DNA of 64,000 bases from Candidatus Poriferisocius sp. (lineage in GTDB: Bacteria > Actinomycetota > Acidimicrobiia > Acidimicrobiales > Bin134), in the NCBI RefSeq assembly GCF_965204015.1, contig NZ_OZ241965.1, positions 2,423,991 to 2,487,990 on the forward strand, read 5' to 3'. Made by a program: the position numbers and the translations under genes. The notes under the pieces were generated by a model. The model saw nothing but the letters and a program-made list of their open reading frames with translations, was not told the origin of the DNA and searched no databases. This document shows, piece by piece, positions 36,158 through 45,614 of the stretch (positions are counted from its first letter, which is position 1; each line of letters begins with the position of its first letter).

Positions 36158-39100
36158 TTACTGGGCAGTGACTGTTTCGTAGATGCCTCTGGCTAATCCG
36201 GCGAACACTATTTCTCGGAAGTCGGGGTCATTGAGGCAGCGTTTGACGATTTCGTCGTTGTCGGCCATGCGCTCGATCATCAGTTTCGGCAGTTCTTGGC
36301 GCATGGCGAGTTCGAACTTCTCGAAGGGGTTGGCTTCGGCAGTCTGGCTGATGTTCTCGTTGTTGACCCCGTCTTCTTGTATCTGCTCGAAGAACAGCCG
36401 GTCTGAATCGTCAAAAGCCGTGCCGAATCGGTCGTTGAGGTTGGCGATGATCTCTGAAAGCGGGGCCTCGTCTTCCTCGGTGCGGCCGGTGCCCACCTCG
36501 ATAGGGCTCCTGACCGTTGTTCCCTCGTCGTCGAGGTCGATCGCCCCAGTGGAGACATGCTGTAGGCGGTAGTACTCCAACTCAACCTCGTCTTCAAGGC
36601 GCAGCTGCTCCATCATGTCGTCGCGGAGGCTGGGCAGCAGCCTTTTGGCGAATGCTGCGAGCTGTTCGAGGTCGCTGTCGGCATACGGGATGATCTGGCT
36701 GATGAAGGCGTAGAGCCGGACGAACGCTCCGAGCCGGTCGCGGAACCTAGCTTGCTCGTCCTCTTCGAGGTGCCTGAACCTGCCGACAGCGGGCTGAAGT
36801 TCCAATACCAACCGCGCGTGGTCGCCGTCTTGGCGTTTGTCGAAAGGCTGAAAGTACACCTGGGCGAACCGCTCCACTTCGTCGTGGTGGTACACCTGCA
36901 TCTCATCGAGTTCGTACTTGAGGCCGTCGAGCAGAATCGGGTCTGATTGGGTTTCTAGCTGGGTCTGGTCGTAGTAGGGGGCGAAAGCCGCGCCAATGTC
37001 TTCGGGATCGTTGACAAAATCCAACACGAACGGGTCGCTCTTGCCGGGAGCGACCCGGTTGAGACGCGACAAGGTTTGCACGGCCTGAACTCCATCGAGG
37101 CGCTTGTCGACGTACATCGCCTGCAACAACGGCTGGTCGAAGCCTGTTTGGTACTTCTCGGCCACGAGGAGAATCTGGTAGTCGGGCGAGTCGAAGCGGG
37201 CCGGCAGCGCTGACTCGCTGATCGGCTTGCCGCTCACGACGTCGGTGTTCATGCCAGACTCGGTGAAGTCCTCACCGGTGTCGGGATCGGTGACGGTGCC
37301 GCTGAACGCGACCAGCGGGCGAATGTCGGTGTATCCCTTCTGACCGATGCACTCCTCGAAAGCCCGCATGTAGCGCACGGCGTGGAGCCGCGACGACGTA
37401 ACCACCATCGCCTTGGCCTTGCCGTTCATGCGGTGCCTGACGTTGGCGCGGAAGTGCTCGATAATGACCTCGGTCTTCTGGGCAAGAGTTTCGGGGTGGG
37501 TTAGCGCATACCTATTGAGGATCCTGGCCGCGCGGCGCACCGGATATTCGGGATCATCGGGGGCACTACTAACGATCCTGTAGTAAGTGTCGTAGTCGGT
37601 GTAGTTCCGCAGCACGTCGAGGATGAAACCCTCCTCGATGGCCTGACGCATGCTGTAAACGTGGAACGCCTCGGGATTGCCGCTGGCTCCGTGCCGTCCA
37701 AAAAGCTCAATGGTCTTGCCCTTGGGGGTGGCGGTGAACGCGAAGAAGGACAAATTCGGCTGCGGGCCGCGGGACTCCACCACAGCATTTAGTCCATCCT
37801 CCCAGTCCTCAACGCTTTCCAAAGCTGCTCGTGAGCGCTTGCCCAGGACCGCCTTCATGTTGCGGGCACTCTCCCCGGTCTGACTGGAATGCGCCTCATC
37901 GACGATCACCGCATAACGCCGCCCTGCGATGTTTTGTCTCCACTCTTCTGCTTGGAACTGCTCATCTCGATTGAGTTCTTCGGGAGACCCAGCGCCGGCG
38001 ATGGACAGCAGGCCCTGCATGACGAACGGGAACTTCTGCAAGGTTGTAATCACGATCTTCGTCCCGTCCACAAGAGCCTGGGCCAGTTGCTTTGAGTCCT
38101 CGTCGATGGCCTGTACGACACCCTGGGCGTGCTCGATCTGGTAGATGGCGTCTTGAAGCTGCCGGTCGAGGATCCGCCGATCCGTGATGACCAAGACGCA
38201 GTCGAACACCTTGTCGTCGGTGTCGGTGTGCAGGCTCGCTAGCCGGTGCGACAGCCACGAGATGCTGTTTGTCTTTCCGCTACCCGCCGAATGTTGGATC
38301 AGGTAGTTGTTCCCAGCCCCTTCTAATCGAGCCGTCTCCACCAGACTGTCTACTGAGTCGAGTTGGTGGTAGCGGGGGAACACCAACGTCTCCCGCCTCA
38401 TGGTGCGTGCACCGCTCTCGCCGTAGATTTTCTCGTCGCGGTGCTCGATGAACACGTAGTGGCCCAAGATGTCTAGGAAACGGTTGCGTTCAAGAACCTC
38501 CTGCCAGAAGTAGCTACTGCGGTAGCCCGACGGATGCTCTGGGTTGCCTGCCCCGCACCTGATATCGCCGGGGGCGCTGCCCCGGTTGAATGGCAAGAAC
38601 CGAGTCTTGTTCTTTGCCAGCCGCGTGGCCATGTGAACTTCGTCGGTGTCGGCCGCGAAATGCACCAGGGCGCGCTTGGAGAACTTGAACACAGGAGCGT
38701 TGGGGTCGCGATCTTCCTTGTACTGACGAATGGCATTGCGCCACGTCTGACCCGTCATCGGGTTCTTCAGCTCGCAGGTCGCTACCGGCACGCCGTTGAG
38801 AGCGAACAACAAATCAATGGTGTCGCCCTTGCCGGGATGGCACCGAACCTGGCGCGTCACCGTGAGCTCGTTTAGGTCGAACTGTGCCATGGCATCAGGG
38901 TTGAGCTTGTTGGCCGGCTTGAAGAACGCCATCCGCAACGTCTTGCCCTGGAACTTGAAGCCCTGGCGCAACACCCCAAGAGTCCCCTTGATGTCAAGCT
39001 GCTTCGCCAACTGGTCCACAACCATCTCAGCCAGACTCTCACCGTGCTGCGCCGCCAACTGGCCCCACAACTCAGGCTGAGCGGCCCGCAGGAATCCGAC

Positions 39101-39226
39101 CACGCCGACAGGGAACACAGCCCGCTCCTCATCCCACTCGCCAACATCGCCCTTGTGCCAGCCACCCTTGACCAGCATCGACTCAATCGTCGATTCAAAG
39201 TCCCTCTCGTCCGTCTGGCTAGTCAC
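36158..39226 (-). CDS. hsdR: Type I restriction enzyme, R subunit
   Basis: 1022 aa. Nuclease motif DLLFALNGVPVATCELKNP, helicase motif I QHSAGSGKTNS, and DEAH box VIVDEAHSSQTG. The GTG start overlaps the hsdS stop (GTGA). Confidence 0.93.
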   Translation of the reverse strand: MTSQTDERDFESTIESMLVKGGWHKGDVGEWDEERAVFPVGVVGFLRAAQPELWGQLAAQHGESLAEMVVDQLAKQLDIKGTLGVLRQGFKFQGKTLRMAFFKPANKLNPDAMAQFDLNELTVTRQVRCHPGKGDTIDLLFALNGVPVATCELKNPMTGQTWRNAIRQYKEDRDPNAPVFKFSKRALVHFAADTDEVHMATRLAKNKTRFLPFNRGSAPGDIRCGAGNPEHPSGYRSSYFWQEVLERNRFLDILGHYVFIEHRDEKIYGESGARTMRRETLVFPRYHQLDSVDSLVETARLEGAGNNYLIQHSAGSGKTNSISWLSHRLASLHTDTDDKVFDCVLVITDRRILDRQLQDAIYQIEHAQGVVQAIDEDSKQLAQALVDGTKIVITTLQKFPFVMQGLLSIAGAGSPEELNRDEQFQAEEWRQNIAGRRYAVIVDEAHSSQTGESARNMKAVLGKRSRAALESVEDWEDGLNAVVESRGPQPNLSFFAFTATPKGKTIELFGRHGASGNPEAFHVYSMRQAIEEGFILDVLRNYTDYDTYYRIVSSAPDDPEYPVRRAARILNRYALTHPETLAQKTEVIIEHFRANVRHRMNGKAKAMVVTSSRLHAVRYMRAFEECIGQKGYTDIRPLVAFSGTVTDPDTGEDFTESGMNTDVVSGKPISESALPARFDSPDYQILLVAEKYQTGFDQPLLQAMYVDKRLDGVQAVQTLSRLNRVAPGKSDPFVLDFVNDPEDIGAAFAPYYDQTQLETQSDPILLDGLKYELDEMQVYHHDEVERFAQVYFQPFDKRQDGDHARLVLELQPAVGRFRHLEEDEQARFRDRLGAFVRLYAFISQIIPYADSDLEQLAAFAKRLLPSLRDDMMEQLRLEDEVELEYYRLQHVSTGAIDLDDEGTTVRSPIEVGTGRTEEDEAPLSEIIANLNDRFGTAFDDSDRLFFEQIQEDGVNNENISQTAEANPFEKFELAMRQELPKLMIERMADNDEIVKRCLNDPDFREIVFAGLARGIYETVTAQ

Positions 39227-40512
39227 GCTGCGCTGCCTTCTGTCTCGACTGCGGCGAAGTCTCTCACGTCGATCTTCCCAGTCACTGCAGCTGTGACGAG
39301 TGCGCTCCGATACTCCTGCAACCGCTCAATTGCTGTACAAACCATCTCGCTGAGTCGTTCAAGCCGCGCCTCAACAGCATCAACATGCGCGATGATCGCC
39401 TCCTGCTCCCGCAAGGGCGGCACCGCGGTGACGAGCGATAGAAAGTGCTGGGGATACAACCTTAGCCTCGAACTCCATATACCCCTCGATTCCGAAGTCA
39501 TCCCAAGCACATACCTAGATGATCGGTAGGCCAGGTCGACAAACCTCGGCAGCAGCCTCCGGTGGTCCGGTACGTACACATTGTATGAGGGGCTCACGAG
39601 GCCCGGTTCCTTCGCCGTGCCAGCAGCGCCCATCCACGCCCACATGGTGTTGATGACCAAGTCTCCGGCGTAGCAGCGCTTATAGTCCTCCAGGCTCTCA
39701 GCCATGAACATGCCAACATCCGGCTTCTCCGACCGTCTCGTGACACCCGTGATGTGAGAGACAGTCAAGAGTTCACCTTCTCCGTCGTCTGATCGCTCAT
39801 CGCGCTCACGGAATAAGCGGCGATTCTCGACGACATCCCAGTGCTGAGGCACGTCTCCCAACCATTCCACTCCTGAAGGTATGAGTGGCGGCGGCAGGTC
39901 GAACCCTTCCGCCTCGGCCACATCAGGCGGCAACCCCCTGGTCACCGTCCGGGTGATGAGCGCTGTCCGATACTCGGCGAGCCGCTCGATCAACTGCTGC
40001 TTCTTCGCTGCTAGAGCATCCACCTTCGCAGTCTCTTGGTCAAGATAGGCAGTTATCGCGACCTGGACATCGTTCTCAGGTATGCGGAGCGACATCTTCA
40101 ATAAATGTTCAGGTCGTATGCGCTGGTGGCTTCTCGTAGCCGATTGCACACAAGAATGGAGATGTTGTCGGACTTCCTCTGACAACAGCAAGTACACCAA
40201 GTAGTCAGCATCTACGGCGGTTGCATTCATTATGACGAACTCGCCACTCGCTATTGCAGGATAAGTCAAATGATGAGGAACTCGTAGAACACGAGCCTTA
40301 CGGGGGTTGAGCCTTGACACCATGACCTCGCCGCCTACAAGAAGTTGCTTGTTGCTCAGAATCTCATCTGGAGGAATCAGGTCTGGTCGGCCGGTTTCTT
40401 CCAGGGAGGGGATGCTGTAATGCTCGATAATGGGATGATCTAGTTCGCGTGGGTCGATAGCTTGCCGTACTGGTTGTACGACGTGCTCAACTCGGACTTC
40501 GCGCCAAGTCAT
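39223..40512 (-). CDS. hsdS: Type I restriction-modification specificity subunit (two TRDs)
   Basis: ATG 40512 overlaps the hsdM stop (ATGA). Two TRD-like halves are separated by coiled-coil conserved regions (...AKKQQLIERLAEYRTALITRTVTRG... and ...IERLQEYRSALVTAAVTGKIDV). Confidence 0.85.
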   Translation of the reverse strand: MTWREVRVEHVVQPVRQAIDPRELDHPIIEHYSIPSLEETGRPDLIPPDEILSNKQLLVGGEVMVSRLNPRKARVLRVPHHLTYPAIASGEFVIMNATAVDADYLVYLLLSEEVRQHLHSCVQSATRSHQRIRPEHLLKMSLRIPENDVQVAITAYLDQETAKVDALAAKKQQLIERLAEYRTALITRTVTRGLPPDVAEAEGFDLPPPLIPSGVEWLGDVPQHWDVVENRRLFRERDERSDDGEGELLTVSHITGVTRRSEKPDVGMFMAESLEDYKRCYAGDLVINTMWAWMGAAGTAKEPGLVSPSYNVYVPDHRRLLPRFVDLAYRSSRYVLGMTSESRGIWSSRLRLYPQHFLSLVTAVPPLREQEAIIAHVDAVEARLERLSEMVCTAIERLQEYRSALVTAAVTGKIDVRDFAAVETEGSAA

Positions 40513-42617
40513 GCGGTGACCTCTGCGAGCATTCCGACGATTTCGTGTTCGAGTGCTTGCAGGTCGGCTTCGATATCGTCGAGCGGGCGGGGTGGTTCGT
40601 AGACGTAGAAGTGCCTGTTGAGGGGGATTTCGTACCCGAACTTGGTTTTGGAGTGGTCCACCCATGCATCGGGAACGTGGGGCATCACTTCTCGGGCCAT
40701 GTAGTCGTCTACTTCCACTCCTAGCGGCACGGTCTCCGTGTCTCGCAGCTCGGTGTCCGGTTCGGGATTGCCCTTGCTGTCATTGCAGATCGCTGCGCCA
40801 GGGTCTCGTCTTCCGAGTGCTGATATGACGGCCTTGCGCTCCGGCGCTGACAGTCGGATACCGGCAGCGCTCGCTTCGTTTTGGAGGACTTCGAGGAACT
40901 CGTCTCGGTCGTCGATGACCTCGCCGTCCGTCTCCTCTGCGATTGCATCCAGCAACGCTCGGATCGACTCTTGGCGGCGTTTGCCTGCCTCTACTTCGTC
41001 GTCATGCTGCTGGCCTGGACGCTTCTTGCTAGTGGCCAGATTGGCGAACGCTTTTTCGTCTTCTAGTTGGGCAATGCGCTCCGGGGTGGCGGCGAAGTTC
41101 AGTCGCAGTGGCCGCTCTACAGTGATTTTCTGATAGCCGAAGTCGCTGTTGTCGAAAACCTTGCTCACGGCGAGAGAGCGGGTGCGCGGTTGATGCGTAA
41201 CGGGGTCTTCGTCGGTGAATTCGCGGGTCTCGCCATGGGTGAAGTTGCCGTGGATTCGGGTCAGGTCGTCAACCTGATATGGGGAGAGCTCTTTGCGCTT
41301 TTCGCCAAGGTTTCTACGCATCTTCACGAAGAACTGGCGACCGTCGATGAGTTGCACCCTGCCCTTGCGGTGCTGTTCCTTGCGGTTAGTCAGAATCCAG
41401 ATGTAGGTGGAGATGCCGGTGTTGTAGAACATCTGGTCGGGCAGGGCCAGGATCGCTTCCAGCCAGTCGTTCTCGATGATCCAGCGTCGGATATCGCTCT
41501 CTCCGCTTCCAGCGTCTCCAGTGAACAGCGGCGACCCGTTGAACACGATGGCGATGCGGCTGCCGCCCGCACCGTCCTCGTCGACAGGCTGCATCTTGGA
41601 CAACATGTGCTGAAGGAACAGCAGCGACCCGTCGTTGATCCTCGGCGTGCCAGCGCCGAAGCGCCCGTCGTATCCGAGTGTGTCGTGCTCACGTTCGATG
41701 ACTTGGCGCTGCGGTTTCCACTCCACTCCAAAGGGCGGGTTGGCGAGCATGTAGTCGAATTTCCAGGGCTTCCCGTCGGGATGCCGCTGGAAACCGTCGC
41801 TGGTGAACGTGTTCCCACGAATGATGTTGTCCGCGTCCTGCCCTTTGAGCAGCATGTCGGACTTGCACACGGCCCAGGCTTCGTCGTTGTGGTCCTGTCC
41901 GTACAGGATCGGGCGCGACTCCCGGTTGTGCTCCAGCAGATACTCCTCGGCTACCGACAGCATCCCGCCGGTGCCGCAGGCGGGGTCGTAGATCGTCTTG
42001 ACGACATGGCTCTTACCCAGGTCGCGCTCGGGCGACAGCAAAAGGCTGACCATCAGCCGGATGACCTCTCGTGGTGTGAAGTGCTCCCCGGCCTCCTCGT
42101 TGGACTGCTCAGCCCCGATCCGAATGAGTTCCTCGAACACGTAGCCCATCTGCATGTTGTCGACGCGCTCTACCGACAGGTCCACCCCGGCAAATGCCTT
42201 GACCACTTCGTACAGCAGGTTCTTCTCGTCCATGCGGGCGATGTGGTCGACGAACCCGAATCGTTCGATTACCTCCCGAACGTTCTCCGAGAAGCCGCCA
42301 ATGTAGGCGTTGAGGTTCTGAGCCAGCAGATTCGGGTCGTCCAGCAGCCGGTCAAAATCGAGTTTGGACGTGTTATAGAACGGAAGCCCCGAGGCCGCCT
42401 CCAAGAGCTGCTCGCGGACAGTATCCGGCTGGCCGGCGTGCTGCTGGTGGGCGGCGAGCACAGCCTGCTTGGTGTCCGCGAGAACGCAGTCAAACCGCCG
42501 CAGCACTGTCAACGGCAAGATCACCTTCCGATACTCGTTGCGCTTGTAGGGCCCTCGTAGCAAGTTGCATATCTTCCAAATGAAGTTCGCTAGCTGCTGG
42601 TGCGTACTGGCATTCAC
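40509..42617 (-). CDS. hsdM: Type I restriction-modification N6-adenine DNA methyltransferase subunit (long form)
   Basis: 702 aa. HsdM N-domain (QQLANFIWKICNLLRGPYK), FTPREVIRLMV, motif I DPACGTGGML, motif IV LANPPFGVEW. GTG start at 42617 preceded by GGGAGG. Confidence 0.93.
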   Translation of the reverse strand: MNASTHQQLANFIWKICNLLRGPYKRNEYRKVILPLTVLRRFDCVLADTKQAVLAAHQQHAGQPDTVREQLLEAASGLPFYNTSKLDFDRLLDDPNLLAQNLNAYIGGFSENVREVIERFGFVDHIARMDEKNLLYEVVKAFAGVDLSVERVDNMQMGYVFEELIRIGAEQSNEEAGEHFTPREVIRLMVSLLLSPERDLGKSHVVKTIYDPACGTGGMLSVAEEYLLEHNRESRPILYGQDHNDEAWAVCKSDMLLKGQDADNIIRGNTFTSDGFQRHPDGKPWKFDYMLANPPFGVEWKPQRQVIEREHDTLGYDGRFGAGTPRINDGSLLFLQHMLSKMQPVDEDGAGGSRIAIVFNGSPLFTGDAGSGESDIRRWIIENDWLEAILALPDQMFYNTGISTYIWILTNRKEQHRKGRVQLIDGRQFFVKMRRNLGEKRKELSPYQVDDLTRIHGNFTHGETREFTDEDPVTHQPRTRSLAVSKVFDNSDFGYQKITVERPLRLNFAATPERIAQLEDEKAFANLATSKKRPGQQHDDEVEAGKRRQESIRALLDAIAEETDGEVIDDRDEFLEVLQNEASAAGIRLSAPERKAVISALGRRDPGAAICNDSKGNPEPDTELRDTETVPLGVEVDDYMAREVMPHVPDAWVDHSKTKFGYEIPLNRHFYVYEPPRPLDDIEADLQALEHEIVGMLAEVTA

Positions 42618-42678
42618 AGGGTTCTACCTCCCAACCCAAGGGGGGATGCTATGGCCAAGGACAACGCTGCACACCTCG

Positions 42679-44838
42679 TCATTCAGTGCCACTTTCTTGA
42701 GGGATCAGAAGGTCGACCTCAAGTCTCCGAAGTGCCGTCAGGTCCGACTGCAACTCGCCAACCCATTTCAGAGCCTCGTCGAACCGGCCCAACAGCTGTT
42801 CAGCCTCGTCTAGCTGTTCAGCCGAGGGAATAGGAATTGCGAGGTCGGCCAACGCTCTAGAACTGAGAAATGGCGTAGTCGCGCCGGTTGAAGCTCGGGA
42901 AACTCGATCTCTGAACTGCTGGGACTGTGTCCAGAGATAGACCCACGGAGCAGTGACCTCCTCGTGATTCGGGCGTATCAGTGCACACCCTTGGTCGAGG
43001 ACCGCTCCCTGGTGATGCCTAGTGGCCAGGATCGAACCTCCGACATCGCCCCTGAGGGCTACGACTACGTCACCCTCTCGAATTTCTACAGGCGGCCTAG
43101 TCGAGCTCTCCTTGTCGACATACCTGGCCGTGCCTGTGCCGCCAGAAGAAACTTCTCGGAGGCCGATCAATAGGGTTCCGTGTTCTGGGTCTTCCAACTC
43201 AGGTGCGTTTGTTCCCATGTATATGTCCGCAACCTCCTCCAGAGCACGGGTAATCGCCGAATCCCTGCTTCCTGACTTTTCGTTCGAGAATGGGAGTCGC
43301 TCAATTGCTGACGTTGCGATTTCGGTGGTTTCCGGCAGCTTCTCTCTCAACTCCCTGGATCGACGCTGGGCATCCTCGGTGTCGAACTCGGGAATGGGCC
43401 GGTACTGCTTTGGTTCGAGGATCGCATCGTTATTGATTATTTCGGCGATGCTCACTACTTGAGCAATCTCGTCGTTTTCAGTTGTGCCTGCTTCAAGTGC
43501 TTGAAGTGTTCGTGCGATTCGATGAATGTCTTCCGAGTCGAAGTTGTGCCGGGAACGACTGGCTGTGCCAAGAGTCGAGGCGTCAACGAGCAGCACGCTG
43601 TCAGCACCGGGTCGCGGGGGTTGGAGAACCCATAGGAATATGGGGACTGATGTCTCAGAGCGCATTCGACTTGGTAGTTGGATGACAGCCTTGATGGCTC
43701 CCTCTTCAAGCATCGCCTTGCGAATTCCTGCCTCAGGTCCGCTGCGATGGCTTGCTGTTCCAGTAGAGGTGCCCACTACCGCGACTCCACTCTCTGAAAG
43801 ACATTGAATGGCAAGCTGCAGCCAGGCAAGGTCTGCGTTGGATCTCGGGGGGGCTCCGAACCTCCACCGCTTGTCCATGTAGATGTCCGCATCTCCCCAG
43901 CTGGAGAGGCCAAGGGGTGGATCGAGGAGAACGATGTCGGCTAGGGGTAGCTCCTCTTGGGGTACCCGGAAACTGTCGCTCAAGCGAAGGTCGGCGGTTA
44001 CGCCTTGAATGAGGAAGCGAGACTTAGCGACCCTTAGAGCACCTTCATCGACATCGAAGCCAACCAGATTGATTGGCTTCGAGTTTCTTGGCTGAAGGCT
44101 GAGCGCCGCAGAAGAGAGCAGACCGCCTTCCCCACAGGCCAGATCGCACACCGTATTGGCATTCTGGCCAGCCAACTGAATCATGAGCATTGCAATGTCG
44201 GCTGGGGTTGAGTGCTCACCCCGAAAGCGGTCACGCTTACCAATTCGGCTGACGACATCATCAAATTGGGAAAACCTGGGAGTGCCTTCCCTGTTTGTTG
44301 CGTCAAAATTCTCGATCAGCGACACCAGGAGTGTGCCAGGTAATTTTGGAGCTGCAGAGAGGCCGTCTGCGAGCAGCCCCTTGAGCGCTCGGTTCTCCTC
44401 CTCGATACTCCTCGCGGCTTCGCACAACTTCTCACCGACTTCATCTGCTGGAAACTGACGCAATCGCGTCCAGCGGTCGTTCTCGCTGACGGTCACCTCA
44501 ACAGAGGATTGATGGCTCGAGCGATACGATGTATCGCTTGCTTCCAGGTAGACAAGCACTGACACAAGGAGCTCGGTTATCTCGTCTGTGTGCAGGCCGG
44601 ACATTTGCAAGCTGTCGATTAACGACCGCCGAGCGAATGTGGCAGGCACACGAGAATCGATCTTCCCGTTCTCAATCAGCCATCGCTCGACCTCGCTGAG
44701 GTCAAATCTGCCGCTGGAGTCTGCGACTGGAAAATCCGAGTGTCTCTTGCGCCAGTTGCCCACGGCAGAAGGCCTAAAACCAGTGATTTCTGCAATGTCC
44801 CTGATGTTGACGGTGGTGCGTGAAGGGAGGTCACTCAT
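42679..44838 (-). CDS. HTH - N6-adenine DNA methyltransferase - single-TRD fusion protein (M-S fusion)
   Basis: 719 aa. N-terminal HTH-like segment TVNIRDIAEITGFRPSAVGNWRKRHSDFP. HSTPADIAMLM, motif I DLACGEGGLL, motif IV LLDPPLGLSSW. C-terminal HsdS-like TRD (...IREGDVVVALRGDVGGSILAT...GCALIRPN...) plus a helical spacer. Confidence 0.85.
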   Translation of the reverse strand: MSDLPSRTTVNIRDIAEITGFRPSAVGNWRKRHSDFPVADSSGRFDLSEVERWLIENGKIDSRVPATFARRSLIDSLQMSGLHTDEITELLVSVLVYLEASDTSYRSSHQSSVEVTVSENDRWTRLRQFPADEVGEKLCEAARSIEEENRALKGLLADGLSAAPKLPGTLLVSLIENFDATNREGTPRFSQFDDVVSRIGKRDRFRGEHSTPADIAMLMIQLAGQNANTVCDLACGEGGLLSSAALSLQPRNSKPINLVGFDVDEGALRVAKSRFLIQGVTADLRLSDSFRVPQEELPLADIVLLDPPLGLSSWGDADIYMDKRWRFGAPPRSNADLAWLQLAIQCLSESGVAVVGTSTGTASHRSGPEAGIRKAMLEEGAIKAVIQLPSRMRSETSVPIFLWVLQPPRPGADSVLLVDASTLGTASRSRHNFDSEDIHRIARTLQALEAGTTENDEIAQVVSIAEIINNDAILEPKQYRPIPEFDTEDAQRRSRELREKLPETTEIATSAIERLPFSNEKSGSRDSAITRALEEVADIYMGTNAPELEDPEHGTLLIGLREVSSGGTGTARYVDKESSTRPPVEIREGDVVVALRGDVGGSILATRHHQGAVLDQGCALIRPNHEEVTAPWVYLWTQSQQFRDRVSRASTGATTPFLSSRALADLAIPIPSAEQLDEAEQLLGRFDEALKWVGELQSDLTALRRLEVDLLIPQESGTE

Positions 44839-45305
44839 GCGGGGGTCCCGAGCATGTCAAGTTCGATTGGGGGATATGGGAAAAGTATGTGGTGACTGGC
44901 AGCCATGCGCAGAGATCTGGACAGGCTCTCGGGTCGCGACACCACGGTGACGTCCACTTCTTGTTCTCCAAGCCTTGCTATCGCGTCGGCGAAGATTCCA
45001 TCTCCTGATGCAAGAATCACCGAATTGAAGCATTCGGCCACTCGTTCCTTTTCGATGACTGCAAGGAGAGCGAGGTCTGCGCCGTTCTTTCCTGAACGCC
45101 ACAAATGGCGCCCTCCCTGCCACCCAAACCGAACGTTGGGTGCTGCTCTGTGGCTGCAAGCTACGACGACTTGGTCAACAGGACCAATATGTAACGCTTC
45201 GTATGCAAGCTGGTACCACCGGACACCTTCACGGGAAGGGCTCGGTGAGCCAGTCAGGTTTTCTATGTCTATGAGATGAAGCGATCGCTCGCCTGTGCTG
45301 TTCAT
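44835..45305 (-). CDS. NYN/LabA-like (PIN-fold) nuclease-domain protein
   Basis: SLHLIDIENL..., ...GKNGADLALL..., ...VILASGDGIFADAI...EVDVTVV follow NYN motif order. The stop overlaps the MTase ATG (ATGA, 44835-44838). I chose the ATG at 45305 as the start, and the track TTG at 45341 is an alternative. Confidence 0.65.
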   Translation of the reverse strand: MNSTGERSLHLIDIENLTGSPSPSREGVRWYQLAYEALHIGPVDQVVVACSHRAAPNVRFGWQGGRHLWRSGKNGADLALLAVIEKERVAECFNSVILASGDGIFADAIARLGEQEVDVTVVSRPESLSRSLRMAASHHILFPYPPIELDMLGTPA

Positions 45306-45386
45306 GGGAGGATGTTTATCACGCGGAGTATGTGTTGTCAAGTCACAAGACTAGATAATAAAATCACACGGGGAATCTTGTTCAGT

Positions 45387-45477
45387 ATCACAGGGGGAAT
45401 TCCACCGAGAATCCGCGCGCGGAAATCTGCACCGAATCACGCGGGGGAGTTCCACCGAGAATCCGCGCGCGGAAATC
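45387..45477. repeat. Two ~41/42-bp direct repeats (49-bp period), each with palindrome TCCGCGCGCGGA, in the divergent intergenic region
   Basis: R1 is 45387-45427 and R2 is 45436-45477. The last 28 nt (TTCCACCGAGAATCCGCGCGCGGAAATC) are identical. The heads are ATCACAGGGGGA and ATCACGCGGGGGA. Shorter head-only copies start at 45363 and 45318. Confidence 0.85.
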
Positions 45478-45614
45478 CGATCGCTATCTATTGCCGCACC
45501 GAGAGATCGAATACTGATCGTGTGGGCCTGATTTCTGCGGGGAATGGTGCATCAGCAATTTCCGCCTGGTCAGCACCCATGGAGGGCCGAACTGTCACAC
45601 CTGCTGCTTAGGCT

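Noticed and set aside
41067-42560. 497-aa plus-strand ORF inside the R-M locus
   Set aside because: It is antisense to hsdM with no motifs. hsdM carries all the diagnostic MTase motifs on the minus strand.
42565-42833. Two small plus-strand ORFs (77-82 aa) spanning the hsdM / M-S-fusion junction
   Set aside because: They are antisense to the 5-prime end of hsdM and the 3-prime end of the methyltransferase fusion. They have no ribosome-binding site and no recognisable sequence features.
45387-45477. Possible CRISPR array
   Set aside because: There are only two full repeat copies with a 7-8-bp gap between them. There are no cas genes, and the repeats sit in a divergent promoter region. Operator sites are the more economical explanation.
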